The notes under the pieces: generated by a model
Told to the model about the DNA's origin: nothing
Database searches by the model: none
The model's input: the letters and a program-made list of their open reading frames with translations, nothing else
Origin: Basidiobolus meristosporus CBS 931.73
Taxonomy: Eukaryota > Fungi > Basidiobolomycota
Assembly: GCA_002104905.1 (NCBI GenBank)
Contig: MCFE01000328.1
Coordinates: 1-64,000 of the forward strand
Length of the DNA stretch: 64,000 bases
Direction: 5' to 3'
In this document: piece after piece, positions 12,240 through 24,872 of the stretch
Layout of the letters: every line of letters begins with the position of its first letter
Numbering within the stretch: the stretch's first letter is position 1
Made by a program: the position numbers and the translations under genes

Positions 12240-12570
12240 ACCTGAGTCTGTATCAACCTCAACTATTCATAATAAACTACACTATCGTTATTTCATATTC
12301 AGTTCAGGAGAGTGAAAGTTGCTACTTAGAGGCTAGTTCAGTATTCTCCGTCGTATAAGCAAGATTGAAGGTTTGAGCAAACGGCGAGCCACCAATCCTA
12401 AGCTCGCACAATATTCCCCTGCACATATTCACTAGCGCTTACAGAGCATCCTTCATTTCCATTTTTTATTCACTTATCACTGTCTTTTAAAAACATACTG
12501 ATTGATCCTATGAAACATGGTTTGTTACGGATACCTTCCGCCTCAATGATATGCATAGCTTGGACTCCGA

Positions 12571-14277
12571 TCATAGCTTGTTGTCGGTTCCGACAATATC
12601 CTGCCATTTTTGGCCGTTGAGCTCTTTCACGATCTCGTCCTTGATGGCTCTAGGGGCGCCAGGGCCATCGTAGGAGAGGATCGAGTAGATCTGGACCATG
12701 GAAGCACCTGCTTTGGCAAATGCAACGGCATCCTTACCGGTGCGAATACCACCCGCGCCGATCAATGGGATTTGTCCCTTGGTCAACTTGTAGAACTCGC
12801 GTACGGTTGCCAACGATTGAGGGAATAATGGACCACCAGAAAGGCCACCTGCCTCTTGAAGGATCTTGGGGTCTAATCAAACAAAACATTTAGCATTGGA
12901 GTAGATTCATTATTACGCACTATCCAGCCTACCTGATTTGATCCCACTTGGGCGGTTGATGGTGGTGTTGGATACGATCACTCCGTCAACCTTACAGTCA
13001 AGGGCTACCTGAGCAATGTCACAGAGTTCTTCATATGAGAGATCAGGGCGGGGAGCAATCTTGATCAGAAGTGGGGGACGAGGCTCGGGAAGGCTGTCAC
13101 GAGCGGTCATAACCTATGTGTCAATCAAGGTGCGGTTAGTTGGAGCTCAATGGCTAACGAGAAGATTTTGAGTTGTCGCATTACTTGTTTGACAAGGCCT
13201 TCGAGCATATCCCTTCTCTGCAAGCTTCTTAGCCCAGGGGTGTTGGGGCTGCTGATGTTTACCACCAAATAATCCGCGTACTTCCCGAGGGTTTCAATCC
13301 CCTTGATGTAATCACTGAATGACTCAGGTGCTGAGGTCTTGTTCTTCCCAAGGTTGAGGCCAAGCTGCTTGTTAGCTCTCAATGATTGGTTGACGGTAGT
13401 GGATTCCACCTCGGGATGGTGGAAGAAATAGTGTCTCAGTCTGTTCTTTAGTCTCTCCACAACAGCCTTGTGCCCATCCGAGTTGAAGCCGTACCGATTG
13501 ATCACTCCCTTGTCTTCCTTGAGTCTGAAAAGTCGGGGCTTTGGATTACCAGGCTAGTCCACGAAAACATCCCCAACAGTTAATACAGGCTGCCCATATA
13601 TAAGTACCATATCAATAGGATCAACATACTTGAGGTTCGGGTGTAACGCTTCCAACTTCCACGAAACCGAAACCCATGTCGAACATAGAATCGATAGCCT
13701 CCCCATGTTTGTCGAAACCAGCGGCAAGTCCAAGTGGGTTGGAGAACTTCTTACCCCAAAGCTACAAGGTTGATTTCGTTTCGAGCACCCATAAGGAAGC
13801 GAACGTTCCTTCGTCAGTATCCTGTTTGAATCCTAAAATCACTTGTGCTAGAGACCGTACCTCGACCTGAAGGTTTTCCGCATCCTGGACCCGGTCACGT
13901 GGTGTGAGTCCGTATTTTCCGGTCAGAATGGCAACTCGGTGACCTGCTTCAGGGTCGAACTGATGCATAATGGGCATGAGGACGTGCTTGTGGAAACCAG
14001 CTCGGGAGTCCAACAGGTAAACGGACAGGAAGACGGTCCCGCCAACAGCCAAACCGCCAAAAATAAAACTCTTCACGCTATCCAAGGGAGAGGAGGTAGC
14101 TGTTGTTGTCGAGAAGGTGGCACAGCTAGCGGAGGGGCCAGTCAAGATCTTGGTACCATTTAGGGGGCGCACAGGCAAGGAGGCATTAGGGAACAGCCTG
14201 CTGGCTTTGGTGATTGGGTTGATTCCAAAGCCTACTCGTGAGCGAGATAAGGTGGATAGTAATGTTCTCGCTGCCAT
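12571..14277 (-). CDS. URA9: Mitochondrial class 2 dihydroorotate dehydrogenase (quinone), about 466 aa
   Basis: Exons 14277-13861, 13761-13630, 13553-13185, 13113-12933, 12872-12571. Presequence plus TM, then [68 protein letters not shown]. Confidence 0.95.
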
Positions 14278-14761
14278 GGTTACTATGCTATAGTCGCAGA
14301 AAGGAAAAGCAGCGAGCACCTAGTATCTCCCTGCCCATGTATCCTCACGAAATTCCCAAATCTGGCTGAACAACCCATTTGCGAGAAAATCCCTCTTCCC
14401 GACCCAATCTTCCCCAATATTTCCCCCCTCGATTGATGGAAATTCAAAGATTGTGGAGAAAAGGTCGCTTCGAGAATATTATTCGGTGGAAATCAGGGCA
14501 TTCTGGAATCAAAAGTATTCCGGAAGGGGATCGCACGCGACCATGAAACGCTTTTCCCGAAATCGGCGTTTGAAATGCATCAGAAGCAGTCAATATCAAT
14601 CGGCCGGCCTGAAATGTAAAGGCACAGCAAAAACAATCCCGCATACACTTGGTGAAACGAGAGGACTGCTATTAGGCAGCACTGAAGAGCGCTATCTTCG
14701 GCCCCGTAAATCGGTATAAAATGGAAGCTGCCGCGAAGGTAGATGGTAATAGGATTTCAAT

Positions 14762-16296
14762 ATGCGTGTCCACGCTTCACTTTACTGTATGGTCTTTGCC
14801 ATGGTTGCAGGTAAATCTTGCTCACCGGTGGAGAGTATGAATTATAATAAACCCTTTGCTGACACAACAGAGTCCACGGAGCTTGCCACGAGCTCGGTAT
14901 ACGTTCTTCCATTGAAATCTGGCCTGGAGTTGGAGGCGCCACCATTTGCGATTGATATTTCCTTCAAGACTCTACCGGTGCTATTTTCCGGCATCTCGCA
15001 GATGCTAGATATCAACGGAGACTTCATACCTGATAGTATTGAGGAGGAGTATCTTTGGATGAATCCCATCATCAATAGCAGCGTGGAGGAAGAAATCCAA
15101 GGAAACCTGCTGCTTTTGGTTAGCGGTCTGACCGACGGTTCCGGTAAGTGAGGGAGGGAAGGGCCTCTCCTTGGGACGCAGGGCCTCGTAGCTAACCACT
15201 CTCGCTTATTTCAGAGATACTGCCTAACTACAAACCAGCAGTGCAAGTGCCCGATTCACCATCGCCCACAGAATTCCATCGGCTGGCTAGCGACCTCGCG
15301 ATCGCTTCGTGGGAAGTATTTGGTGGCTCATGGAAGACTCACTACGAGAACCGACATGGTGGCAGGATCGATATCCGAGCCGAGAATCTAGTAAGTAATG
15401 GAATCCTTGGCGTGTGGGGTGGATTCTGGTTAAGCGATTTCGTGTAGTTCTTGAACGAGAGAATGCCTTCAGCTCTGGTGACTGATGATGAGGCCTACGA
15501 CTATTTCATGAGTACATACCAACTCACTGGTGCAGATCACTTTGATCCGGATGTCAAGGTAGTTCTTGATGAGGTTGAATCCGCCAAACCTGTATTCACC
15601 GTTTTCTTAGGAGGATATGATGTTCATTCGAGAGGTCGAATACACCACAAGAATGATATACAGATACTCTTGGATGGCCAGTGACTACCCCGCAGACAGC
15701 CCGAACAGCCTCCTGATATCCCTAAGCGGCCTTGAGGTAAGTGAATGCCCTGAAACCAGCCGACATCACTTGCTAATATTGCTACAGTTCGTCAGTAAGC
15801 GACACGGACCGACATCCGTCCAAGCGAATGCTGCGAAAATGATCTTACACGAGCTCATTGAGAAGGTAACTTGTCGGCCGGGCGCTTGTCGAGAATCTAT
15901 CATTAACCCAGGTTTTGCCAGACGATGATACCGTTGTTCAAGGATGCACACGACGGCCGGTCCACTTTCTCGGTAATCACCATGCCCTCTGACCCGCTGC
16001 AGATTGCCTTCCTCGATGGGGTAGAGCCATCGCCAAGACTACTCACTGGGGAAAGGATTCGCTCTATCTGGGACCAGTATGGGGTGATTGGGTTGACGGG
16101 TTTGGTCCTCCTCGCCAGTACCTTGCTGGCGCGCCGAAACCCAGCCCCAGCAAGCCAGAAGACCCAGCAGCCCAAGCCGGCGGATGACGAGTACGAAAGC
16201 ACCAGCGAAGCGCACTCGGAGGAAGAGTTGGACCGAATGAGCGACAGTGAGACCGACTATGAGGAGGAGGCCACCAAGAAGCCCGAAGATCAATAG
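14762..16296 (+). CDS. Uncharacterised signal-peptide, single-pass membrane protein with acidic cytosolic tail
   Basis: Seven-exon model with GT-AG introns about 14811-14872, 15144-15214, 15391-15447, 15559-15610, 15737-15787 and 15866-15921 joins the ORF pieces in frame. N-terminal signal; TM GVIGLTGLVLLASTLLA; D/E-rich tail. Confidence 0.65.
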
Positions 16297-16532
16297 CTTC
16301 GAATCTATGATCGGCAGTCGCGCCCTAAGGATTGCCCACATATCCCAGAATCTTCATCCCTACCCATTCCTGAATTCTAGACTATATTCGTTCGCTATTT
16401 ATTTAAAATAAAATAAGCACTCTGGATGTGAAGTATACAAGCGGTCAGCGAGGCGGGGTTTGAGTGAAGGTGGCATATAAACATTATCAAGGACAAAGTG
16501 GGGGGGTCGTACGGATAGGGGCGATGTCTTGG

Positions 16533-17500
<968 letters not shown>

Positions 17501-17768
17501 ATCGGTTAGCGGTGGACTACTATTTGCCAGGGAAAATGTGAAACCCCGTTCGCACCTGGAAACGATGTCTAGCGGAAAAAGAAAAGAAAAGTTTGGCTGG
17601 GCCGGAGATTGGATGAAGAATTTCGGGGAGTTCCTATTGGCGAGCCCATGAAATCCTCGCATTCAGGTCACAAACGATTGAATACATTTGGTGGATGAAT
17701 ATAGGTTTATTCAGTGGTTGACATCGATCTTATTACCAGCACGTATAACAATAATGCTACTCGATTGC

Positions 17769-17816
17769 GACTGTGACTGTGACTGCAACTGGAACTGGAA
17801 CTGCAACTACGACTGT
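17769..17816. repeat. Imperfect hexamer tandem repeat (RACTGN x8) in the 3' UTR of the 705-aa gene
   Basis: gactgt gactgt gactgc aactgg aactgg aactgc aactac gactgt, starting a few bases past the stop codon. Confidence 0.75.
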
Positions 17817-17821
17817 GATGC

Positions 17822-19939
17822 CTAGTAACCGCCCTCATCATCATCATCGTCATCTATGTCCTTGGAGCTAGTGGAGTAGGTGGAGGTCTTGATTTCTGGC
17901 ATTTTCTCCCATGAGATACTGCCGTCACTACCACTCATGGCTCCACTGGAGCTGTAACTTGAATATGATCCTGATCCACCAGAAGATGTTGAGCTATATC
18001 CGGTCCCATATTCTTTGCTGCTAGAGCCTGAGCCTGAGCCTGAGCCTGAACCTGAGCTATATTCGGATACACTACCGCTATACCCTGAGCCGGAATTATA
18101 GTCGGAAGAAGATCCTTTGTAACCAGAGGATCCTGAGCTATATCCCGTCCCATACCCTTTGCTGCCTGAGCCAGAGCCATATTCGGATACACTACCGCTA
18201 TATCCTGAGCCGGAACTATAGTTGGAGGAAGATCCTTTGTAACCCGAGGAGCCGTATTCAGAACCCCCGCTCTTACCACCATAGCTACCACCGTAGGACG
18301 ACCCGCTAGAACCATACTTGCCATCCTTGGGTTGCTTCCTCTTGACAACAACCTTCTTGGTCTTATAGGTAGGAATTACAGTCACTTTCTTCTTACCATA
18401 GCTCGGAATGGTCTTCACCTTTCGATAAGTACCGCCCGATGGCTTGTATGTTGAAATAGGCTTCGTCTTGGGCTTGTAGACAGGCTTTGTCTTGGGCTTG
18501 TAGACAGGCTTTGTCTTGGGCTTGTAGACAGGCTTGGTCTTGGGCTTGTAGACAGGCTTGGTCTTGGGCTTGTAGACAGGCTTGGTCTTGGGCTTGTAGA
18601 CAGGCTTGGTCTTGGGCTTGTAGACAGGCTTGGTCTTGGGCTTGTAGACAGGCTTGGTCTTGGGCTTGTAGACAGGCTTGGTCTTGGGCTTGTAGACTGG
18701 CTTTGTCTTGGGCTTGTAGACTGGCTTCGTCTCGGGTTTGTAGACTGGCTTTGTCTTGGGCTTGTAGACTGGCTTTGTCTTGGGCTTGTAGACTGGCTTG
18801 GTCTTGGGCTTGTAGACTGGCTTTGTCTTGGGCTTGTATACTGGCTTCGTCTCGGGTTTGTAGACTGGCTTCGTCTCGGGTTTGTAGACTGGCTTAGGCC
18901 TGTACGTAGGCCAAGGTCTTGGCTTGTACGTTGGCTTGGGCTTAGGCTTGTACGTAGGTTTTGGCTTAGGCTTGTATGTGGGCTGTGGTCTTGGCTTGTA
19001 CGTCGGCTTGGGCTTAGGCTTGTATGTGGGCTGTGGTCTTGGCTTGTACGTCGGCTTAGGCTTAGGCTTGTACGTGGGCTGCGGACTAGGCTTATAGGTC
19101 GGCTTAGGCTTAGGCTTGTTCGTTGGGTAAGGCTTACCCTCACCATTCCATATGTTAATCCACCCAGTTCCGCGTATTCTAGAGCTACCTCTGCGATGGT
19201 AGCCTCCATATCCACCCAAACCAATATACGATTCATCCAGACCATAGACAGGGGTGATATAACTCACTGCACTAGGACGAAGGCGAACAATGCGGCTTCT
19301 ATAAACCGGCCTACTGATAAATATTCTGGGTCTCGGTCTCACACCGGTGATCAGAATTCGCTTCCCTGAGCCCTGCCCGCTACCAAAGCCGCTGTCTAAC
19401 GCTATACCATCCTCCACACCACCTACAACTCCGCCACCGAATCCTCCCACGCTAACACCTGATGCCAGCTCATCTATGGATCCCAGCCCTGAGTAAGGGA
19501 TGCTCATTTTCCCCGGGTGCTTGAACCCGGAGGCAAGCACATATGGTTGGCCATAAACGAACCCATTTCCTGCCAGCCCACTGAACGATTGGCCCATTAA
19601 AAGCGGAGCATCACCGGTCGCCACCGCACCTCCCCAACTGACACTCGCACCTTTGTGCATCGACTTCGAAACCCCATTCAACACATCCGTAAGATCCCCT
19701 AATTTCCCCTCGGTGATCTTGAATTTGGTACGATGATCCTTGCCATCCTGAAGAACCCACCTGATTTTCGAGGATTTCCCTTTGCTTCGAATGATACGTG
19801 GTTGGATCTTCGAGAAAGTTTTGTACCCTTTGTATGAGCTCTTCGTCACTTCACCGTCCTTTCCCTTCTCAGGTCGGACGGGTGACTCAGCCAGCACACA
19901 TGCAGTGGACAATGCCAGTAGTAATGCTGCGGATTTCAT
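17822..19939 (-). CDS. Secreted Pro/Lys/Tyr-rich repeat protein (extensin-like / adhesive-like), 705 aa
   Basis: Single ORF with signal peptide MKSAALLLALSTACVLA, Gly-rich N-region, 8 x YKPxPxPT, about 18 x YKP(K/E)TKPV, Gly/Ser/Tyr-rich C-region and poly-Asp tail. Confidence 0.88.
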   Translation of the reverse strand: MKSAALLLALSTACVLAESPVRPEKGKDGEVTKSSYKGYKTFSKIQPRIIRSKGKSSKIRWVLQDGKDHRTKFKITEGKLGDLTDVLNGVSKSMHKGASVSWGGAVATGDAPLLMGQSFSGLAGNGFVYGQPYVLASGFKHPGKMSIPYSGLGSIDELASGVSVGGFGGGVVGGVEDGIALDSGFGSGQGSGKRILITGVRPRPRIFISRPVYRSRIVRLRPSAVSYITPVYGLDESYIGLGGYGGYHRRGSSRIRGTGWINIWNGEGKPYPTNKPKPKPTYKPSPQPTYKPKPKPTYKPRPQPTYKPKPKPTYKPRPQPTYKPKPKPTYKPKPKPTYKPRPWPTYRPKPVYKPETKPVYKPETKPVYKPKTKPVYKPKTKPVYKPKTKPVYKPKTKPVYKPETKPVYKPKTKPVYKPKTKPVYKPKTKPVYKPKTKPVYKPKTKPVYKPKTKPVYKPKTKPVYKPKTKPVYKPKTKPVYKPKTKPVYKPKTKPISTYKPSGGTYRKVKTIPSYGKKKVTVIPTYKTKKVVVKRKQPKDGKYGSSGSSYGGSYGGKSGGSEYGSSGYKGSSSNYSSGSGYSGSVSEYGSGSGSKGYGTGYSSGSSGYKGSSSDYNSGSGYSGSVSEYSSGSGSGSGSGSSSKEYGTGYSSTSSGGSGSYSSYSSSGAMSGSDGSISWEKMPEIKTSTYSTSSKDIDDDDDDEGGY
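18460..19120. repeat. Coding 24-bp tandem array
   Basis: Unit ggcttgtagac(a/t)ggctt(t/g)gtcttg repeated about 18 times (18460-18893), adjoined by about 8 related 24-bp units. Confidence 0.95.
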
Positions 19940-20629
19940 GATGATAAGGTGGATGCGATTATTGAGGGGTTTCTACGAAAGTGAACCAAAATTTCGTATC
20001 ACAATCCCGTCAAATGGATTCTAAGGATGGTGAGGGGAAGGAAGGTTGGGATGAGGTGCGGTCCCCATGTGCAGAGCCGGCTCGTTTTATACTTCTCTGC
20101 CCACGGGTACCCATTCAACATTCATGTAACAGACCCGCAACAAGCATGCAGCAAGACAAAGGGATGAAACCATGTTATAAACTTTCCAACTTGTTTCTGA
20201 GTTTTTGGTGTCGTTCTGGTATGGTTCAATATCCTATTGCTTACGACAAGAGGTGGAGTGGAATCCCAAGGGGGGAGAAAGTTTGGTTTGCTTGTCAAGG
20301 ATCGGACCTGGTCATGTATCGCACGATACAGTGGCACATTGATCAGAAGCGTACATACTATATACAAATACGCCCTAATCACATCCGGTGGTTTGCATGA
20401 GTCGCATCTACACAGAAGCTTCTGTTGAAATGTTAATCGCAGTACTTTATAGACACCTCTACTTGAGGGAGCATTCTCGAGCTATTTTCGTTTACAGATC
20501 TCTGAGCTGATTTCTACCATAGAAGATCGCGTTGACATGTGCTTTTGACAAGTGCTGATAGACTGCTGCCTCTGATTAGCGTAATCAGGATTTATATTGT
20601 TGACGATATACGGAATGTTTCCCGTGTAT

Positions 20630-22751
20630 TTACTCTGGGTCTGACAATTCCTCCTCAAGCAGACTTCGATAAAACTGTACGACCTTAGGATGTGCCATCA
20701 CCTTTCGGCTGTCGAAGTTCAATACCTGCAGTCCCTCTAAACTGGTAGCCCTGCTAAGCGCCACATAAGCTTGTCCGTTCTCGAACACTCTGGACAAGTC
20801 AACTATCACCCGATCCAGTGTTTGCCCCTGCGCCTTATGGATCGACATTGCCCAGGCCAGCATCAGTGGCACCTAAACAATGAATCCATCATAGATTGTT
20901 ATGTTTTTAAGTGGGAGGATGGTTTGTACCCTTTGTAGCCTACCTGGGTTCTGCTAGCAACCTCGCCTAGCCCGGGTACTTCCATTTTCCAAGTTTCTGG
21001 TCGAACAGTGATGGTACAGCCAGTGAATCTCACAATAGGCATCCCAGTGTCTTCCTCGAACCCGACTACAACACCTAGGCTTCCATTAACCAATCGATAA
21101 TCTATATTTCTAATCAGTAACACTTGGGCGTGGAGTTTAAGCTCCAGCGTGCTTGGAGCCAGGGAATTCGCAGACAGTCGCTCCAGAAAGGGTGATTTGC
21201 CTTTATCGTTTGCCACATATCGATGTACATCTCCTGGTAGAGAATCAAGTTTTTGTGCGTTGGCTGCGTCCACCTCTCCCCGAAGTGAATATCTGCAAGG
21301 GGAGTTAGCCATTGATTCGCGCTGATGTCATAATCCCACTTACAATCGAGTAGGCTCAATTCCATCGTTAGGATATTGAGGGACCCGTGAAAGGGAGCGA
21401 AACACCAGCTCTGATTCTGGAGATAGAACCCCGATTCTCAACGAGTTCAGGATATCAATAAAGCCTAGATAGAGGTACAGATGTTAGCAGATAACGCATC
21501 ATGATAAACAGGTAATCCTACTCCACTCTGCTCTCGTTGTCGGAACACCTGCGTCAAGTGGACTGTACTTTGAATGCATGCCTTCCAGGTAGCTGCCTCG
21601 AAGCAGAAGAGGCCATCTTTACTAACCGGAGGTAATTGGAAAAAATCCCCGGTAACTACAAGCTACATCAAATTAATTCATGAGGGAGTGTTTGCTTGAT
21701 CGAGGGCTGGTTATATACCTGGATTCCTCCAAATGGCTTGTTGCACGCTCTCACTCTTCTGGCAATATATTCCAGTTTGTCGAAAAATTCCCCATCCAAC
21801 ATAGATACTAAAGTTTCCGGAAATTCATGCTCAGCCATATGCATACCAACTAGAGAGAGGGATAGCTAGCTTCGTTCAAAACGTACTTTCATCAATTACC
21901 AGCACTTTCACTTTCTGCCACCTCTTTTTTGATCTGCTTTGTTTCATGACCATTCTCAATAGTTGGTGTAGTTCGCCGGTTCCAAGCCCCACCCCGGCAA
22001 AGCTGTGCAATGTTGTTCCATTAAGATTGCAAGCGGCTATACCGGTGGAGGCGGTAACTGCCAGCTCCTCTCTTTTGTATATTTTGTGCATACGCTTTAT
22101 GAGCTCTTGTAGTAGCAAAGATTTTCCAGTGCCTAAATCGGTCGATGTCGCACACATTAACTGTCAAATGTACGTGCACGTATATCACACGGAGCACATA
22201 CCAGCTGATCCGGTAAAGAATAAACTACGCTTCTCGTCAATAGCCAAAGATAATGCTCGCTTTTGTTCGGAGGAGAAGTGAATTGACTTTGCCCTGAAAC
22301 GAGTGTCGTTATCAACAGACTCTTTTCTATTCGGGCTCGTTGCAGTCAACGATCGAGCTTTTCCTATACTTGAAATTGGCTCGTTGGTTTCTTTTGTGTT
22401 TCGTTTCTTATTCAAATTTTCTTCTTTGGACAATTTTTCAGCCTCGGTGGCCTGTTGTTCGAGGGGGTGTTCGACACTACACTGGTTTTCCAAAATACAA
22501 TCTCCAGGGCGCTTACTAATGGTGCTGCTCTCTTCACTGCTGGAAGACTTTCTTCTCAAAGTGGTATCAGTAACTAGGTCATCAGTTGGGCTGAAATATT
22601 TTGAAGTGACCTGCCCTTGAGTTGTCTCCTTGGAGCTGGTGGGAAAAGGCGTCAGGCTCTTTGGAAACGATTCAAGGAGTGCTCGCAAGGAGGTGCCTCT
22701 CGATTTGAAAGAAAGCGCACTATGGTTGGGCTTATTTGGTACAGAAGTCAT
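20630..22751 (-). CDS. PIF1: PIF1-family 5'-3' DNA helicase (5' end uncertain)
   Basis: Spliced motifs [89 protein letters not shown]. Introns are canonical except one weak GTGGAG donor. Confidence 0.9.
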
Positions 22752-23402
22752 TATACTCAGCAATGGAGTAAGATTGCTCCGTCATGAACACGCATAAAAT
22801 GAAATCCATCCGTTTTATCCATGGTTGTGACTGGATTAGTGCAGAAAAAGGTAGGCATTCATTACTGTGTTCACCAGGTGCATATATTATTGGTAGAAAG
22901 GGATGATTTGATTGGCATTGTGGAGGCGAAATTCCAGCCTTTTTGAAATTAATATAGGAAGATCAGAATAGGCGCAGCCAGGGATGTTTGAATACAACCT
23001 CGATTACTACAACCATCACTCATGCCAACCACATATAAGCTACAATAACCTGATTGCGCGTTGACCGTCACACATCATTCAACACCTATTCAAAGCGGTT
23101 GGAATTGATGGATGGTGTGGTTTTTCTGATTCGTGGACTGAGCTGTAACGAAATGGAACATGATTGAACACATCCTGACAAGGTCGAAACCACCTTCAAA
23201 CAGGTAGCGAAATGCAATAAACGCCATCCATCAAACCTAATCTTTTGCATTCTATGCTCTGGGGCATTAGAAGATAACATGGTGGAAATCCATCTGAAAC
23301 CTACTCGAAACTTCCTGATGGAAATACTGTTGAAGGATGTGAAGGATGTCAACAGGCTTATATAAATCTAGCCTGTGACGGTCCCAAGGAAGGATCATCA
23401 AC

Positions 23403-23630
23403 ATGAGACTCTCAGCAGGTATTGCATCGATGCTGACGATGGCACTAGCCGTAGTGTCTGCTCAAGATGTTCCACCATCGCCAACGCCCATCCCACGGAA
23501 GGTCCCCACAACGAGTAGGGCGATGGACGTGATAGCTGAATACACGCATTCTCCATCCACTGCGGAGGAGAATACGGCGACCCCTGAGCCAAGAGAAGAA
23601 CAGAACGAGCCATTGAAAACGAGGAGTTGA
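23403..23630 (+). CDS. Small secreted Pro/Thr/Glu-rich protein, 75 aa
   Basis: ATG-initiated ORF with signal peptide MRLSAGIASMLTMALAVVSA/Q and low-complexity mature part; no homolog recognised. Confidence 0.5.
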   Translation: MRLSAGIASMLTMALAVVSAQDVPPSPTPIPRKVPTTSRAMDVIAEYTHSPSTAEENTATPEPREEQNEPLKTRS

Positions 23631-23715
23631 ATTGTATATTTGAAAATCACGGATACATGAATTTTGCATGGGTAAAGAGCGAGCAATAAAATGATGCGAG
23701 AGGGATAACATCAAT

Positions 23716-23931
23716 CTACGTCCAGTGAAATCCTATCAGGCCTGTACCAAATGCGAGCAGCCATAGGGAGGCCTCGGTCCTTTCACCATGGCTCGCTCGG
23801 ATATGTGCCATATTTTTGCCACCCACTTTCACTGGTCCACCCATCTCTACGATGTCGGCGGTGGTGAAATCGGTGCTGCATGTGGTGATTGCAATCAGAC
23901 AGATACTCAGGAGGAAAATACGGAGCAACAT
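23716..23931 (-). CDS. Small secreted or GPI-like protein, 71 aa
   Basis: ATG at 23931: MLLRIFLLSICLIAITTC signal and hydrophobic C-terminus SLWLLAFGTGLIGFHWT. Confidence 0.45.
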   Translation of the reverse strand: MLLRIFLLSICLIAITTCSTDFTTADIVEMGGPVKVGGKNMAHIRASHGERTEASLWLLAFGTGLIGFHWT

Positions 23932-24551
23932 GTTGATGGGGGGGGTGATTGAAGTGTGTGTAGCATCCATTGTGTAGCATCCCATATTCCTTATATATCA
24001 AGGTGGATTGAAACAACGACCGCTACCGACATTTAATCAACAACATAGGGAATAAAATCAAACATAGACGGACAGCATTTACTCAACAACTACGGGAATA
24101 TAATCAAACGAAGCAATGTATCCATCCCCAGTCGCTACCTCAAACCAAATTAATTGCCTACAGCCAAAGTTTTGTGTACGCGTCAACCTCGGCAAGGGAT
24201 AAGGAACATGGGCATGCACATCGCAATCAGGGGAAGGGAACCTCTGCCAACGATCTGAAAAACAAGACATGTGCGAAACCACCTCATACAACTCACTGAT
24301 CCTTCGCACGATCTATTCGCCACTGTCGCCGTTTCCATCTATCCACATGCTGCACCCATTCCTCCCTAATATCCCAATGAGTCAAGGAATCTGCGTTGGA
24401 TGCATGATGACAAGCCGGGTTCACATTGTTTCGGCATGTAGGAAGTGTCCGACCTGACGATATATAACTGCCTTTCGGCCATCGAGCTTAATTATCCTTC
24501 AAACAATCAACAATCCTCTTGCACTCTTAGCCTCTCAATACCAACTCAACT

Positions 24552-24872
24552 ATGCGTTTCTTCACCATCACCGCTGTCGTTGCTCTCCTCATCGCCTCTG
24601 CCTCGGCTCAATCGTCCGCCTCCAGTACACCAGCTAGCAGCTCAGCTACTGACCTTAGCTCTGCTGCTACATCGACCCCTACCGGGTCCTCAGCCGCTAG
24701 CTCTGCCACCCCTTCCTCGGTTTCTGGTAGCGGAACTTCCAGCAGTGTCAAGCCCAACACCAGCACAATTGCTGGAGCCAACAAACCCAACTCGGGCTCC
24801 AACCTTGGTGTCGGATCCGCTCTCGTTGGCCTTTTGGTCGCTAGCGGATTGACAGCACAACAGATGTTGTAA
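24552..24872 (+). CDS. Small Ser/Thr/Ala-rich GPI-anchored cell-surface protein, 106 aa
   Basis: Signal MRFFTITAVVALLIASASA, S/T/A-rich body, omega-like NSG followed by hydrophobic tail LGVGSALVGLLVASGL. Confidence 0.85.
   Translation: MRFFTITAVVALLIASASAQSSASSTPASSSATDLSSAATSTPTGSSAASSATPSSVSGSGTSSSVKPNTSTIAGANKPNSGSNLGVGSALVGLLVASGLTAQQML

Noticed and set aside
17769-17816. Stop-codon readthrough into the Ser-rich hexamer repeat
   Set aside because: The frame after TAG hits another TAG within five codons; the Ser-rich reading is out of frame.
18460-19120. Possible CRISPR-like array
   Set aside because: Head-to-tail coding repeat with no unique spacers, in a eukaryotic context with no cas genes.
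18415-19245. Long alternative-frame ORFs over the repeat (STSPRPSL repeats; SWACRQAW repeats on the plus strand)
   Set aside because: By-products of a stop-free 24-bp unit; only the 705-aa frame has a signal peptide and unique flanks.
20630-22751. PIF1 as a Helitron RepHel
   Set aside because: Intron-rich, normal CpG content, no Rep/HUH motifs; looks like the host gene.
23086-23352. Upstream ORF as PIF1 first exon or mitochondrial presequence
   Set aside because: No convincing in-frame splice path to 22763 was found by eye.
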